The notes under the pieces are model-generated. The model saw nothing but the letters and a program-made list of their open reading frames with translations, was not told the DNA's origin and did no database searches. Shown piece by piece: positions 28,325 to 36,971 of a stretch of DNA of 64,000 nucleotides. Location of the stretch: contig CAWBOA010000004.1 of the NCBI GenBank assembly GCA_963790255.1, positions 5,339 through 69,338 on the forward strand. Direction: 5' to 3'. Both the position numbers and the translations under genes were made by a program. This DNA comes from an uncultured Chloroflexia bacterium. Its GTDB lineage: Bacteria; Chloroflexota; Limnocylindria; QHBO01. Within the stretch, counting starts at the first letter, position 1. Each line of letters opens with the position of its first letter.

Positions 28325-28918
28325 TTATGGGCCGCCATTCGGTCGCCCGAGCGGGGGAGATTGGTCCTGGTACCGGCGGCGACGCCTGCGCGCTAGCGCC
28401 GCAATTCCGGCCTTTCCGGCGCGGGACTCCGGCGGAGCCCCGTCCCGACGGATAACGGACATCCGGCCGTCGTGCTCGATGTAGGCATGCGCGACATCGG
28501 CCTCGTCCTCGACGCCCTGCAGCCGGAGCTGCGCCCGGAGCTCTTCTTCGGTCATGAACTCGCGCCGTAGGTTCCTGCACGAGGATCTCGCCGTCGCGCA
28601 CCACCTCGACCGGCGCCGAGTAGACCAGATGCCGCAGTGACGGGGACGTGGTTGCGCGAGGATGTCGGTGATGAAGCTCCACGCCACGATCGTCGCGACC
28701 ATCACGACCGCGTCCGTGATCGAGCTCACATCTCGGTTGAGCGCGCCGGTGACGACCGTCGCGAGGAGCACGATGACGAGAAAGTCCGAAGGGCCGAGGC
28801 TGCCGCTCTTGCGGTTCGGGAGGAATCGCAGCAGGAGGACCAGCAGCACGTAGATCGATGACGCGCGGATCACGTTCTCGACGACGTGATGCGGCTCGAA
28901 CAGACCTTGCCAGTCCAT
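28325..28918 (-). CDS. DUF421 (YetF-like) membrane protein (>=2 frameshifts; true 3' end uncertain)
   Basis: MDWQGLFEPHHVVENVIRASSIYVLLVLLLRFLPNRKSGSLGPSDFLVIVLLATVV... plus, in other frames, LVYSAPVEVVRDGEILVQ and NLRREFMTEEELRAQLRLQGVEDEADVAHAYIEHDGRMSVIRR. This is the DUF421 C-terminal pattern. Confidence 0.55.
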   Translation of the reverse strand: MDWQGLFEPHHVVENVIRASSIYVLLVLLLRFLPNRKSGSLGPSDFLVIVLLATVVTGALNRDVSSITDAVVMVATIVAWSFITDILAQPRPRHCGIWSTRRRSRWCATARSSCRNLRREFMTEEELRAQLRLQGVEDEADVAHAYIEHDGRMSVIRRDGAPPESRAGKAGIAALARRRRRRYQDQSPPLGRPNGGP

Positions 28919-29012
28919 GCTCTCGTGGAAGCAGGGCGCGTGCCGTTGTTCAGTGACCTCGGTCAGTCGGAGTAGGGTTCCTTGATCGTCGGGAACATCG
29001 TCGGGAGGTCAC

Positions 29013-29570
29013 ATGACACGCCTGCTCGGCTCACTCGCCCTCGTCGTCGGAGGGGTTTCCTGGGTCGCATTCGCTCTGGTTCTCGCGGCTGAGCGCTATG
29101 GAGATACGGCGGGGGTCCGTCTTCTGAGGCCGGCGGAGCCCCTTTCACTCACCTACCGCGGGGCGGATGCTGCGCCGTACCTGGCGGCAGCCGTCGTCCT
29201 GACCCTCGTGGGCTTCGCGCTCCTCTACGGCCGCGTGGCATGGCTCGCCGGGCCGTGGGGTAAGGCTTCGGTGATCATGCTCGCGCTCGGCGTGTTCCTG
29301 CTCCTGCCGCAGGAATCGTTTCCGCTCCTCGTCGGTTGGCTCTTCTACTTCGCGGGGATGCTCGCGCTCGCGATCACCTCCCTACGGACCGGCGTGCTTC
29401 CTCGAGCGGCGGCCTGGATGCTGATCGGCGCGGTGATTCTTGTGTTCTTCTTCAACACCGAGGATGACCGAGCGCTGCTGGCGGTCGCACCCGGCGTCGC
29501 CTGGGCCACGCTTGGTGCACAAAGCCTGATGAGCGCCGCGCGTCGATCTAGCGTCCCAAATCCCGTCTGA
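29013..29570 (+). CDS. Membrane protein, unknown function (5-6 TM)
   Basis: RBS GGGAGG before ATG 29013. The 185-aa ORF is almost entirely hydrophobic helices. Its end overlaps the convergent gvpA-like gene by 23 nt. Confidence 0.6.
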   Translation: MTRLLGSLALVVGGVSWVAFALVLAAERYGDTAGVRLLRPAEPLSLTYRGADAAPYLAAAVVLTLVGFALLYGRVAWLAGPWGKASVIMLALGVFLLLPQESFPLLVGWLFYFAGMLALAITSLRTGVLPRAAAWMLIGAVILVFFFNTEDDRALLAVAPGVAWATLGAQSLMSAARRSSVPNPV

Positions 29571-29793
29571 GGTCTCTGGGAACATAACCGACCCGCAGAC
29601 CAAGCTCTTCCGCATATCGGAGATGCGTCTCGATCGAGGCGACGACCACGCGCATCTCGAGTCCCATGAGCTCTAGGCCAACGACGGACATGCGACCCCA
29701 CCCCGAGATCACGATGCCCTTATCGAGCACTCGGTCGAGCACGTCTATGAACGTGCCGTCCTGTCCCGGCACGGTCCTGTGGATCGCCGCCAT
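29548..29793 (-). CDS. gvpA: Gas vesicle structural protein, GvpA/GvpJ family (orphan)
   Basis: RBS GGGGGAG 7 nt before the ATG. FIDVLDRVLDKGIVISGWGRMSVVGLELMGLEMRVVVASIETHLRYAEELG matches the conserved GvpA core (compare archaeal LAEVLDRVLDKGVVV...SLVGIE...ARVV.AS..T.L.YAEE). Confidence 0.85.
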   Translation of the reverse strand: MAAIHRTVPGQDGTFIDVLDRVLDKGIVISGWGRMSVVGLELMGLEMRVVVASIETHLRYAEELGLRVGYVPRDLRRDLGR

Positions 29794-30065
29794 TCAGCTG
29801 CTCCCCCGGGGCGAGTCCTCCCTGCCTCTCATGTTTAGTGGGCGCGCAAGTTACCTGCCGGGGGCGGCTGGCGTTACGGCTTCTTTACCGAAGCGTCAGT
29901 AGTCAGAGACGGGCTTCGGCTGTCTGTTAGATGAGCGAGCGACAAAACGTACGCAAATCAATCTGTACGCAATGGCGCTGTGGTCTCGCACCTTACTTAC
30001 CGCAGAGATCGAGGCGCTCGGCTCTATGCAAGGGGGATGAGGAATGGGTCCAGAGGAAGGCCGTC

Positions 30066-30485
30066 ATGGCCATCGTGCTTGTCATCGCGGCGATCGGCGT
30101 GTCGACCATCGCTTTTGCGAACACGCTTACGACAGGGCCGATCTACGCGTGCGTCAACAACAGCAGCGGCACCATCAAGATCGTTGACGCGACTGCGCAG
30201 TGTTCCAACAACGAGATACAGCTGGTCTGGAACCGTGAGGGCCCGCCTGGCGCCGCGGGCGCGACAGGTCCGACAGGCGCGACTGGAGCGCAGGGACCTG
30301 CGGGTGCCACCGGTGCGACCGGCGCGACCGGTGTGAGTGGCGCAGACGGCGCCGCGGGAGCGCCAGGCGCGACAGGACCGACAGGTCCGCAGGGACCAGT
30401 GGGCCCCGCAGGACCGACCGGCGCTACCGGAGCCGCGGGCGCTCCTGGGGCGACCGGTGCCACCGGTGCCACCGGACCGCAGGGG
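30066..30485 (+). pseudogene. Collagen-like triple-helix-repeat protein, 3'-truncated at a breakpoint
   Basis: RBS AGAGGAAGG before ATG 30066. Signal anchor [18 protein letters not shown], conserved head [34 protein letters not shown], then about 80 uninterrupted G-X-Y triplets ([25 protein letters not shown]...). Periodicity is lost near 30,490 with no C-terminal domain. Confidence 0.7.
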
Positions 30486-30488
30486 CGA
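30240..30488 (+). repeat. Collagen G-X-Y coding repeat
   Basis: Visible ggc/ggt every third codon (GAT/GPT/GPA units). It generates the antisense ORF 30143..30472. Confidence 0.8.
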
Positions 30489-30495
30489 GGCCCGG
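30478..30495. other. Breakpoint truncating two convergent genes
   Basis: The collagen-like ORF (+) and the Cys/Met-metabolism PLP gene (-) both end abruptly here. The PLP enzyme stops right after ...AAVHYPGL, lacking roughly 100 C-terminal residues. Confidence 0.6.
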
Positions 30496-31348
30496 GTAGT
30501 GCACCGCGGCGACGCCGGGAGCGCCCTCGAGGGCGCTCGCCACGGCCAGCGCGTTCGACGAGTGGCGCTCCATGCGCAGGGCGAGCGTCTTCAGCCCGCG
30601 CAGGGCGAGGAAGGCCTCCCAGGGCGACGCGTTGCCGCCGGCGTTGATGACGATCTCGCGGGCCGCCGCGACGCGCTCCGCCGAGCCGACGATCGCGCCG
30701 CCGATGAGGTCGGAGTGGCCGCCGACGTACTTCGTGGTCGAGTGCACGACCAGGTCGGCGCCCGAGGCGAGCGGGTTGGCGAGCGCCGGGGTGGCGAAGG
30801 TGTTGTCCACGGCGACCAGGACGCCCCGATCGTGGGCGAGTTCCACGAGCGCGCGACGTCGGCCAGCGCGGTGGTCGGGTTGCTGATCGTCTCGAGCCAC
30901 AGGAGCTTGGTCGCGGGGACCGATGGCGGCCTCGACGGCGGCGGCATCGGTCGTGTCCACCGCGGCGTGCGCGATCCCGGAGGCTCGAGGATGCCGCGGG
31001 CCAGGCCGATCGTGCCGCCGTACACGGCGCGCGGGATGAGCATCTCGTCGCCGGTGCGCAGGATCGACATCACGACGCCATGGATGGCGGCCATGCCGGA
31101 GGCGGTGACGAGTGCGGCCTCGCGCGCCCTCGAGCTCGGCGAGGGCCTTCTCGAGCGCGTCGTGGGTCGGGTTCGAGTAGCGCGTGTACGAGTGGCCGGG
31201 GCGCGCGAACTCGAGCAGATCGGCCGAGCTCGGCGGCATCGGCCACCTCGAAGGTGCTGGTGGCGTAGATCGGCACGTTGACCGGCGGCTGCGGCGCGTC
31301 CGGCACGCGGCTGGCCGCCTTGATGGCGCGCGTCGAGAAGCCCGGCAT
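30486..31348 (-). pseudogene. Cys/Met-metabolism PLP enzyme (cystathionine gamma-synthase/lyase or O-acylhomoserine sulfhydrylase family), 3'-truncated, >=3 frameshifts
   Basis: MPGFSTRAIKAASRVPDAPQPPVNVPIYATSTFEV..., FARPGHSYTRYSNPTHDALEKALAELEG, AVDNTFATPALANPLASGADLVVHSTTKYVGGHSDLIGGAIVG (PLP Lys), [42 protein letters not shown]...VHYPGL. Confidence 0.75.
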
Positions 31349-31409
31349 GGCAGCGAGTCTAGCAGCGGATTGGCGCGACCCCGCCGCGACCGGCTAGCAT
31401 CTGACCCCG

Positions 31410-32566
31410 ATGCACATCCCCCGATCACGAGCCGTCCTGATCGTGCTGGGCGGGCTGCTGGCGCTCGCCGTCCTCGTCGCGCGCCGGCGTACGCGATGCT
31501 GAACGTCTTCCCAGCCCGACGCCGACGCCGACTGCGACGCCATCGCCGACTCCATCTCCCAGCCCGACGCCGAGCCCGACCCCCAGTCCGAGCCCGACGC
31601 CGACGCCCTCGCCGACTCCGACGCCGGCGGCCGGTGCCCGATGAACGGGCTCGCGCTCGACGATCCTTCGCTGGCCGAGCGGGTCCCGATGATCGTCCAG
31701 ATCGAGAACAACCCGATCGCGCGGCCGCCCTCCGGCCTGAACCTGGCCGACTTCGTGATCGAGGCGCCGGTCGAGGGCGACACGACGCGCTTCATCGCCG
31801 TCTTCATGTGCCGGCGAGACCGTGGCGGCCGGGGTCGGCCCGGTGCGCTCGGCGCGCTACTTCAACATCGACTTCTGGCAGCAGATGCGCGGCCTGACGC
31901 TCCACTTCGGCGGCGCCGGCCGCGTCCTCGCCCGGTTCGACGCCAACGGCATGCCGTACGCGAACGGGCTCACCGGGGCTGGGGCTTCTTCTACCGCGCC
32001 GGGCGTGTGGGGCGCGCCGCACAACGTGTATCTCGACGTCGACGCGGCGCGCGCGGCGAGATCGAGGAGGGTGGCCTGCCGGCGTCGCGGAGCAGCTCGG
32101 CGAGGTTCGCGCGCCGCTGGCGTTCCGGGAGGACGCGGAGCTGCCGGGGGGCGCGCAGGTGTCGGAGGTCGACCTGAGCACGTCGTCAGCTTCTGGCACT
32201 TCGGTTGGAAGTGGGACGACGACGAGGAGCGCTGGCTGCGGACCGACGGCGGCGTGCCGAACATCGACGCGGTGACCGGCGACCGGATCAGCGCCCGCAC
32301 CGTCATCGTCCAGGTGGTGCGCCAGGACGTCCTGGCCGGCGAGCTCGATCCCGGTGGCTTCCCCGCCGCTACCAGTACCTCGTCGGCGAGGGCGACGGCG
32401 TCCTGTACGTCGAGGGACGCGGACTACGACGTGCACTGGTCGCGCCCGACGACGCACGACCTGACGAAGTGGACGTACGCGCGACACCGGCGAGCCGGTC
32501 ATCCTGCCGCCGGGCAGGGTCTGGTGGGAGATCGTGCCGATCGGAGCCGCGATCAGCGAGGGCTGA
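31410..32566 (+). pseudogene. DUF3048 (YerB-like) secreted protein, many frameshifts
   Basis: [23 protein letters not shown], a [21 protein letters not shown] linker, [135 protein letters not shown]. These pieces are spread over three frames. Confidence 0.65.
31497..31625 (+). repeat. Pro/Thr/Ser-linker coding low-complexity repeat
   Basis: cccgacgccgac / cccagcccgacgccgagcccgacc units are visible. Confidence 0.7.
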
Positions 32567-32575
32567 CGTCCGGGG

Positions 32576-34172
32576 TCAGTGGTCCGGGGTCCGACGGTCG
32601 GAGTCCGACGCACCCGGGGACAGGAACGCGTCCATCGCGCGGCGGATCTGGTGATCGGGGTCGAACGACCGGCTGGCAGCGGCGATCTGGCGGCGGACCT
32701 CCTGTGGATCCGCCTCGTCTTCCTCGCCGCCCTCGATCCCGACCGGCCGGGCGTCGTCCGCCGTGACGACCGGCCCGAGCTCAACGGCGACCGCGCGGTC
32801 CGCGAGGGGCGCCATGCCGCCGTTGCGACCCGCCGAGGACGTCGCCCGCGCTGCCTCGGGAACGGTCGCGGGTGATGCCACAGCGGTCGCGTCAGGAGCT
32901 GCGGGATGGGCGATGCCGGCGTCGGCATGGATGGCGGCTCCGCGGCGGGGGTCGGTGCGGGCTCGGCCTCGATGGTCGAGCGGCGGGCGAGGAGCGCCGG
33001 CCGCGGTCGCGGATTGCCGCTGATCTGGTTCTTGCCGAGCTTCTTGGCCTGGTACATGGCGCGGTCGGCGGCGGCCATCAGCTCCTCGCCGGCGAGCCCG
33101 TCCTCGGGATGCGAGACGAGGCCGATGCTGACGCTCGTGAGCGGCTCGCCGTCGGAGAAGCCGCGCCGACCTCCTCGGCGCCGGCTCGGATCTTCTCGGC
33201 CACGACGAAGGCGCCCACGATGTCGGTCTCCGGCAGGAGGACGACGAACTCGTCGCCGCCGTAGCGGTAGGCGCTGTCGACGGTCCGAATCGAGCCGGTG
33301 ATGACCCTGCCGAGGGCGCGCAGCACGTCGTCGCCGCGCAGGTGCCCGGCGCTGTCGTTGATCGCCTTCAGCCCGTCGAGGTCGATCATGAGCACGCAGA
33401 AGCCGCGGTCACTGCGCCGCGTGCGGCTCACCTCCTGCTCGAGCGTCAGGAACAGCTGGGAGCGGTTGAAGAGGCCGGTCAGCGGGTCGGTGCGCGAGAG
33501 GTCGATCACGCGCTGCATCGCACGGCGCTGGTGGCCGGCGTACGCGATCGCCACGAAGGCCAGCAGCCAGGTGGCCACGAGCCCGATCGACAGCCGGAGG
33601 GCGTCCTCGGGCCCGTAGGTCCGCAGGCTCGGGTCGACGAGAAGGACGGCGCCGAAGGCGGCCGTGGACAGGGCCGCGGCGGTGAGTCCGGCCCGAGGGC
33701 CGTAGGCCAGCGCGGCCGCGACGGCGACGAGGGCGAAGAGCATCGCGAAGGGCGACGAGGCGAAGCCAGTCAGGGCCAGCAGCCCCCCGATGAGCGCGAT
33801 GGCGGCCGTGACCTCAGCCAGGCGCAGGAGCCGGCCGCGATGGCCGGTGATGAGCTCGTGGAAGATGACGACGGCGAGCACCGCTGCCCCACCAAGCGCA
33901 AAGATCGGCGCCTGGTCGGTGACGAAGGAGCCGCTGATCCCGACGCCGAGAAGCACGATCGTGATCGTCAGCCACCACACGACGCGGAGCGTCGCGTCCG
34001 GGCCGCTCGCGTGCTCGGAGGCAGCCGGCTCGCCCGTGGACGCCACCACCGACATCGGTCGCCCGCCACCCGGCCGGAGTGCCGCCGTTCCGCGCCCGGC
34101 GAGCATGATCCCCACGATGAGGAGCCCGGCGAGAAGGGCGGTGACGGCGATGATCGTGAGCTGGAGTGGCAA
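32576..34172 (-). CDS. Membrane-anchored diguanylate cyclase (GGDEF) with acidic/Pro-rich C-terminal tail (two frameshifts)
   Basis: N-terminal ~6 TM region, then DPLTGLFNRSQLFLTLEQE...CVLMIDLDGLKAINDSAGHLRGDDVL...RYGGDEFVVLLPET. It continues as MAAADRAMYQAKKLGKNQI (ORF 31804..33078 frame), and the tail lies in ORF 32576..32881. Confidence 0.8.
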
Positions 34173-34318
34173 GGCTCCCTCGTCCCCCGATGGGCGTCAG
34201 TGGGGTGCCGCCGGCAAGCGTGGCGGCCGCGGTCAGTATGCGGGCGGCGAGAGAGATGGCGCAAACGTACTAACCCAACCGTACTACCCAGCCGTGGACA
34301 GGAGGCACCACCGGGGCC

Positions 34319-35855
34319 TTGCTGAGACCGGTGATACACTCGGCGCCCCTCATGATCGATGCTCCGCTGGCGCCCCGCGACGCCGGTCCTCGTCCGCATC
34401 GCCCATGGCTGGCGGCGGCGCTCTCGTTCCTGTTTCCAGGGCTCGGGCAAGCCTACGCTGGCCGGCTTCGGATGGCGGCCATTCTCGCCCTGCCCGTCAT
34501 CGCGCTCGTCCTCGTCGTCGTCGGGGTCGTGAGCGGTGCCATCGGCGGCGTGCGGAACAGCCTCTTCGCCAACGACTTCCTCGTCGGCGTGCTGGTCGCC
34601 AACGCGATCCTCCTCGCCTGGCGCGGCGTGGCCATCGCGAACGCCGGGCTGACGCCATGGGAGGAGATCCATGGGCACGATCGCCGCACGACGCTGATGG
34701 TCGTCGTCGGCCTGCTCGTGATCACCGTCGGCATGCACGCGTGGGTCGGCGGCGTGGTCATCCAGCTCAACCGCACGCTCGGTGAGATCTTCGCTCCGGT
34801 CGACCCGGTCGACCATGGCACCGGCGGAACGCCGGACGACCCCGAGCCGGAGGAACCGGTCAACGAGCCCGCCTTCCAATGGGACGGCACGGATCGCATC
34901 AACGTGCTGCTCGTCGGGACGGACGCGGCCCCCGGCCGTCAGGCCGAGCTTACCGACGTGCTCCTCGTCGTCAGCATCGATCCGGTGGCGCGCACGGCCG
35001 TGATGATCTCGGTGCCGCGCGACACCGGGTTCGTCCCACTTCCCGACGACTCGCTGTACCCCGGTGGCCTCTACCCCGACAAGGTGAACGCCCTGGCGAC
35101 GGTCGCGTCAAACAATCCGGAGACGTGGTGCCCGGACCTCACCGACGATCCGGCCGCCTGCGGGCTGCGCACCATCGAGCGTGCCGTCGGGCTCTACCTG
35201 GGGATCCAGATCCATCACTACGCGCTGGTCGACATGGCCGGCTTCGCCTCCATGATCGACTCCCTCGGCGGCCTCGACCTGTGCCTGCCCGGGCAGGCTC
35301 GTGGATCCCGAGTTCGACGGCAGCCTGGAGAACCAGCGGGACGACGAGACCCTCGTCCTGCCAGAAGGCTGCCGGACCTATGGCGGGATCGACGCGCTCG
35401 CCTACGCTCGCAGCCGCCAGGGCTGGATCGAGATGCCCAACGGCGAGCGGGTGCCGCAGGACGACTTCGCACGCAGCGATCGCCAGCAGAAGGTGCTCCT
35501 TGCCCTGCGTCGCGAGCTGGCGGAAGCCGACACCCTCCTCGAGCTGCCCGCACTGCTGCGCGCGATCGCCCGCACCGTGAGCACCGACTTCCCGCGGGAG
35601 CAGGCAGGCGATCTCGCCAGCCTCCTGCCCCTCATCGCGGGTCCCGACATCGAGCGCGTCGTGCTCGGTGCCCCTGAGTTCGTCGACCTTCCGGTGAACC
35701 CCGACGTGAACTACCTCCTCATTCCGAGGCGCGACGCCATCCGCGAGGAGATGGCTCGGATCTTCGGGAGCGACGAGCTGACCGGGTGGTACCTCGCCAC
35801 CGATGCGGCCGGTCCGGGTGAGGACGCGGCCGGCGGGAGCGGGACCACGCCGTGA
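34319..35855 (+). CDS. LytR-CpsA-Psr (LCP) family cell-wall glycopolymer ligase (one frameshift ~35295)
   Basis: N-terminal TM region, RINVLLVGTDAAPGRQAELTDVLLVVSIDPVARTAVMISVPRDT, YALVDMAGFASMIDSLGGLDL. It continues in ORF 35301..35855 (GGIDALAYARSRQ...DFARSDRQQKVLLAL). Confidence 0.8.
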
Positions 35856-35874
35856 GCGACCGGGGTGCCTCCGG

Positions 35875-36828
35875 TTAGGGCATCCGTCCCAGGAGGATCG
35901 CCACCGTCGCCACGGCCGCCGATGCCGCCGTGAGAAGCAGCATGGCGTCTCGCTGGCCGACACCCAGGTTGAGCAGCTGGTGGTGGATGTGGCCCTTGTC
36001 GGGCTCGAAGACCGATCCGCCGGCGGCGGTTCGGCGGACGATCGCCCACAGCGTGTCGGCGATCGGCAACGAGAGGGCGACGATCGGGACCCATGGCGGC
36101 GCGGGCGTCAGACCGTCCTGCGTGATCGAGATCGCGATCGCCGCGACGAGGAAGCCGAGGAACATCGAGCCCGTGTCCCCCATGATGATCTCGGCCGGAT
36201 GGAGGTTGTAGGCGAGGAACCCGATCGCCGCCCCACCGACCGCGGCGATGACGATGAGCGCGCTGTCGACGCCGTCCCCGGCGGCGATGACCGCGAAGGC
36301 GCCCAGGATCGTCAGCGCGACGCCCGACGCCAGGCCGTCGAGGCCGTCGATGAGGTTGACGGCGTTGATGACCGCCACGATCCAGGCGATCGTCACCGGA
36401 AGCGACAGCCACCCGAGATCGACGCTGCCCCATGGGAAATGCAGGGTCTGGATGTCCAGGCCGAGCGCCCAGGCCAACCCCGCGGCGGCCACCTGCGCCG
36501 CCAGCTTCAGCCTGGCGCGCATGCCACTCAGGTCGTCGAACACGCCGACCACCACGAGGAGCGCGGTCCCCGCCAGGATGGCGGGGACGCGGTTCGGCTC
36601 CAAAGGGCCGACGGCCCGGAAGTTGGGGACGACGATGAAGGCCGCGGCCATCGCCACCCCGAAGGCGAGCACCATCGCCACGCCCCCGACGCGCGGGATC
36701 GGCGACTGATGGATCTTGCGACCGCCCGGGTGGTCGAGATAGCCGCGGCTGATGGCGAGCTCGCGCACGATCGGGGTTGCCGCCAGGCCCACGACCAGTG
36801 CGACGGCGAACGTCAGCGCAGTCAGCAT
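35875..36828 (-). CDS. wecA: Polyprenyl-phosphate HexNAc-1-phosphate transferase (WecA/TagO, MraY family)
   Basis: ATG 36828 (MLTALTFAVALVVGLAATP...). RKIHQSPIPRVGG, VGVFDDLSGM, INAVNLIDGLDGLASG, MGDTGSMFLGF, GHIHHQLL are the hallmark motifs. The longer ORF to 37023 overlaps the tRNA and is rejected. Confidence 0.85.
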   Translation of the reverse strand: MLTALTFAVALVVGLAATPIVRELAISRGYLDHPGGRKIHQSPIPRVGGVAMVLAFGVAMAAAFIVVPNFRAVGPLEPNRVPAILAGTALLVVVGVFDDLSGMRARLKLAAQVAAAGLAWALGLDIQTLHFPWGSVDLGWLSLPVTIAWIVAVINAVNLIDGLDGLASGVALTILGAFAVIAAGDGVDSALIVIAAVGGAAIGFLAYNLHPAEIIMGDTGSMFLGFLVAAIAISITQDGLTPAPPWVPIVALSLPIADTLWAIVRRTAAGGSVFEPDKGHIHHQLLNLGVGQRDAMLLLTAASAAVATVAILLGRMP

Positions 36829-36855
36829 CGGCTCGCGATCATACGGCGCGGAAGG

Positions 36856-36932
36856 TGGTCGGGGCGGCCGGATTCGAACCGGCGGCCTCCTGCTCCCAAA
36901 GCAGGCGATCTGCCAGACTGATCTACGCCCCG
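36856..36932 (-). tRNA. tRNA-Pro (anticodon UGG), CCA encoded
   Basis: Minus strand: CGGGGCG-TA-GATC-AGTCTGGCA-GATC-G-CCTGC-TTTGGGA-GCAGG-AGGCC-GCCGG-TTCGAAT-CCGGC-CGCCCCG-A-CCA. A perfect cloverleaf with a 7-nt anticodon loop and TGG in the anticodon position. Confidence 0.9.
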
Positions 36933-36933
36933 C
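36913..36933. repeat. Direct repeat copy 1 (5' part of tRNA-Pro)
   Basis: ccagactgatctacgccccgc is identical to 38977..38997. Confidence 0.85.
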
Positions 36934-36971
36934 GCCGGGCCATTCTATCCGTCCTCGAACGCCATCCAGTG

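Noticed and set aside
29548-29793. A gas-vesicle gene cluster
   Set aside because: Only the GvpA-like gene is present. The flanking ORFs are a generic membrane protein and a collagen-like protein, with no GvpF/L/N/K/G/O/S signatures.
29905-29930. Small hairpin with a TTCG loop (agacgggcttcggctgtct) in the gvpA/collagen intergenic region as a regulatory RNA or terminator
   Set aside because: The stem is short and bulged, with no U-tract and no gene ending nearby on either strand. The evidence is insufficient.
30143-30472. 109-aa minus-strand ORF ([27 protein letters not shown]...)
   Set aside because: It is the mirror image of the collagen G-X-Y repeat. The + strand has the signal anchor, conserved head domain and RBS.
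31349-31409. SAM or other riboswitch upstream of the Cys/Met PLP-enzyme gene
   Set aside because: The divergent intergenic region is only ~60 nt, too short for a riboswitch aptamer plus expression platform.
36856-36932. tRNA-Pro as the attachment site of the phage module at 1-7.2 kb
   Set aside because: The phage genes are ~30 kb away and separated by ordinary chromosomal loci. No integrase or matching att repeat flanks them.
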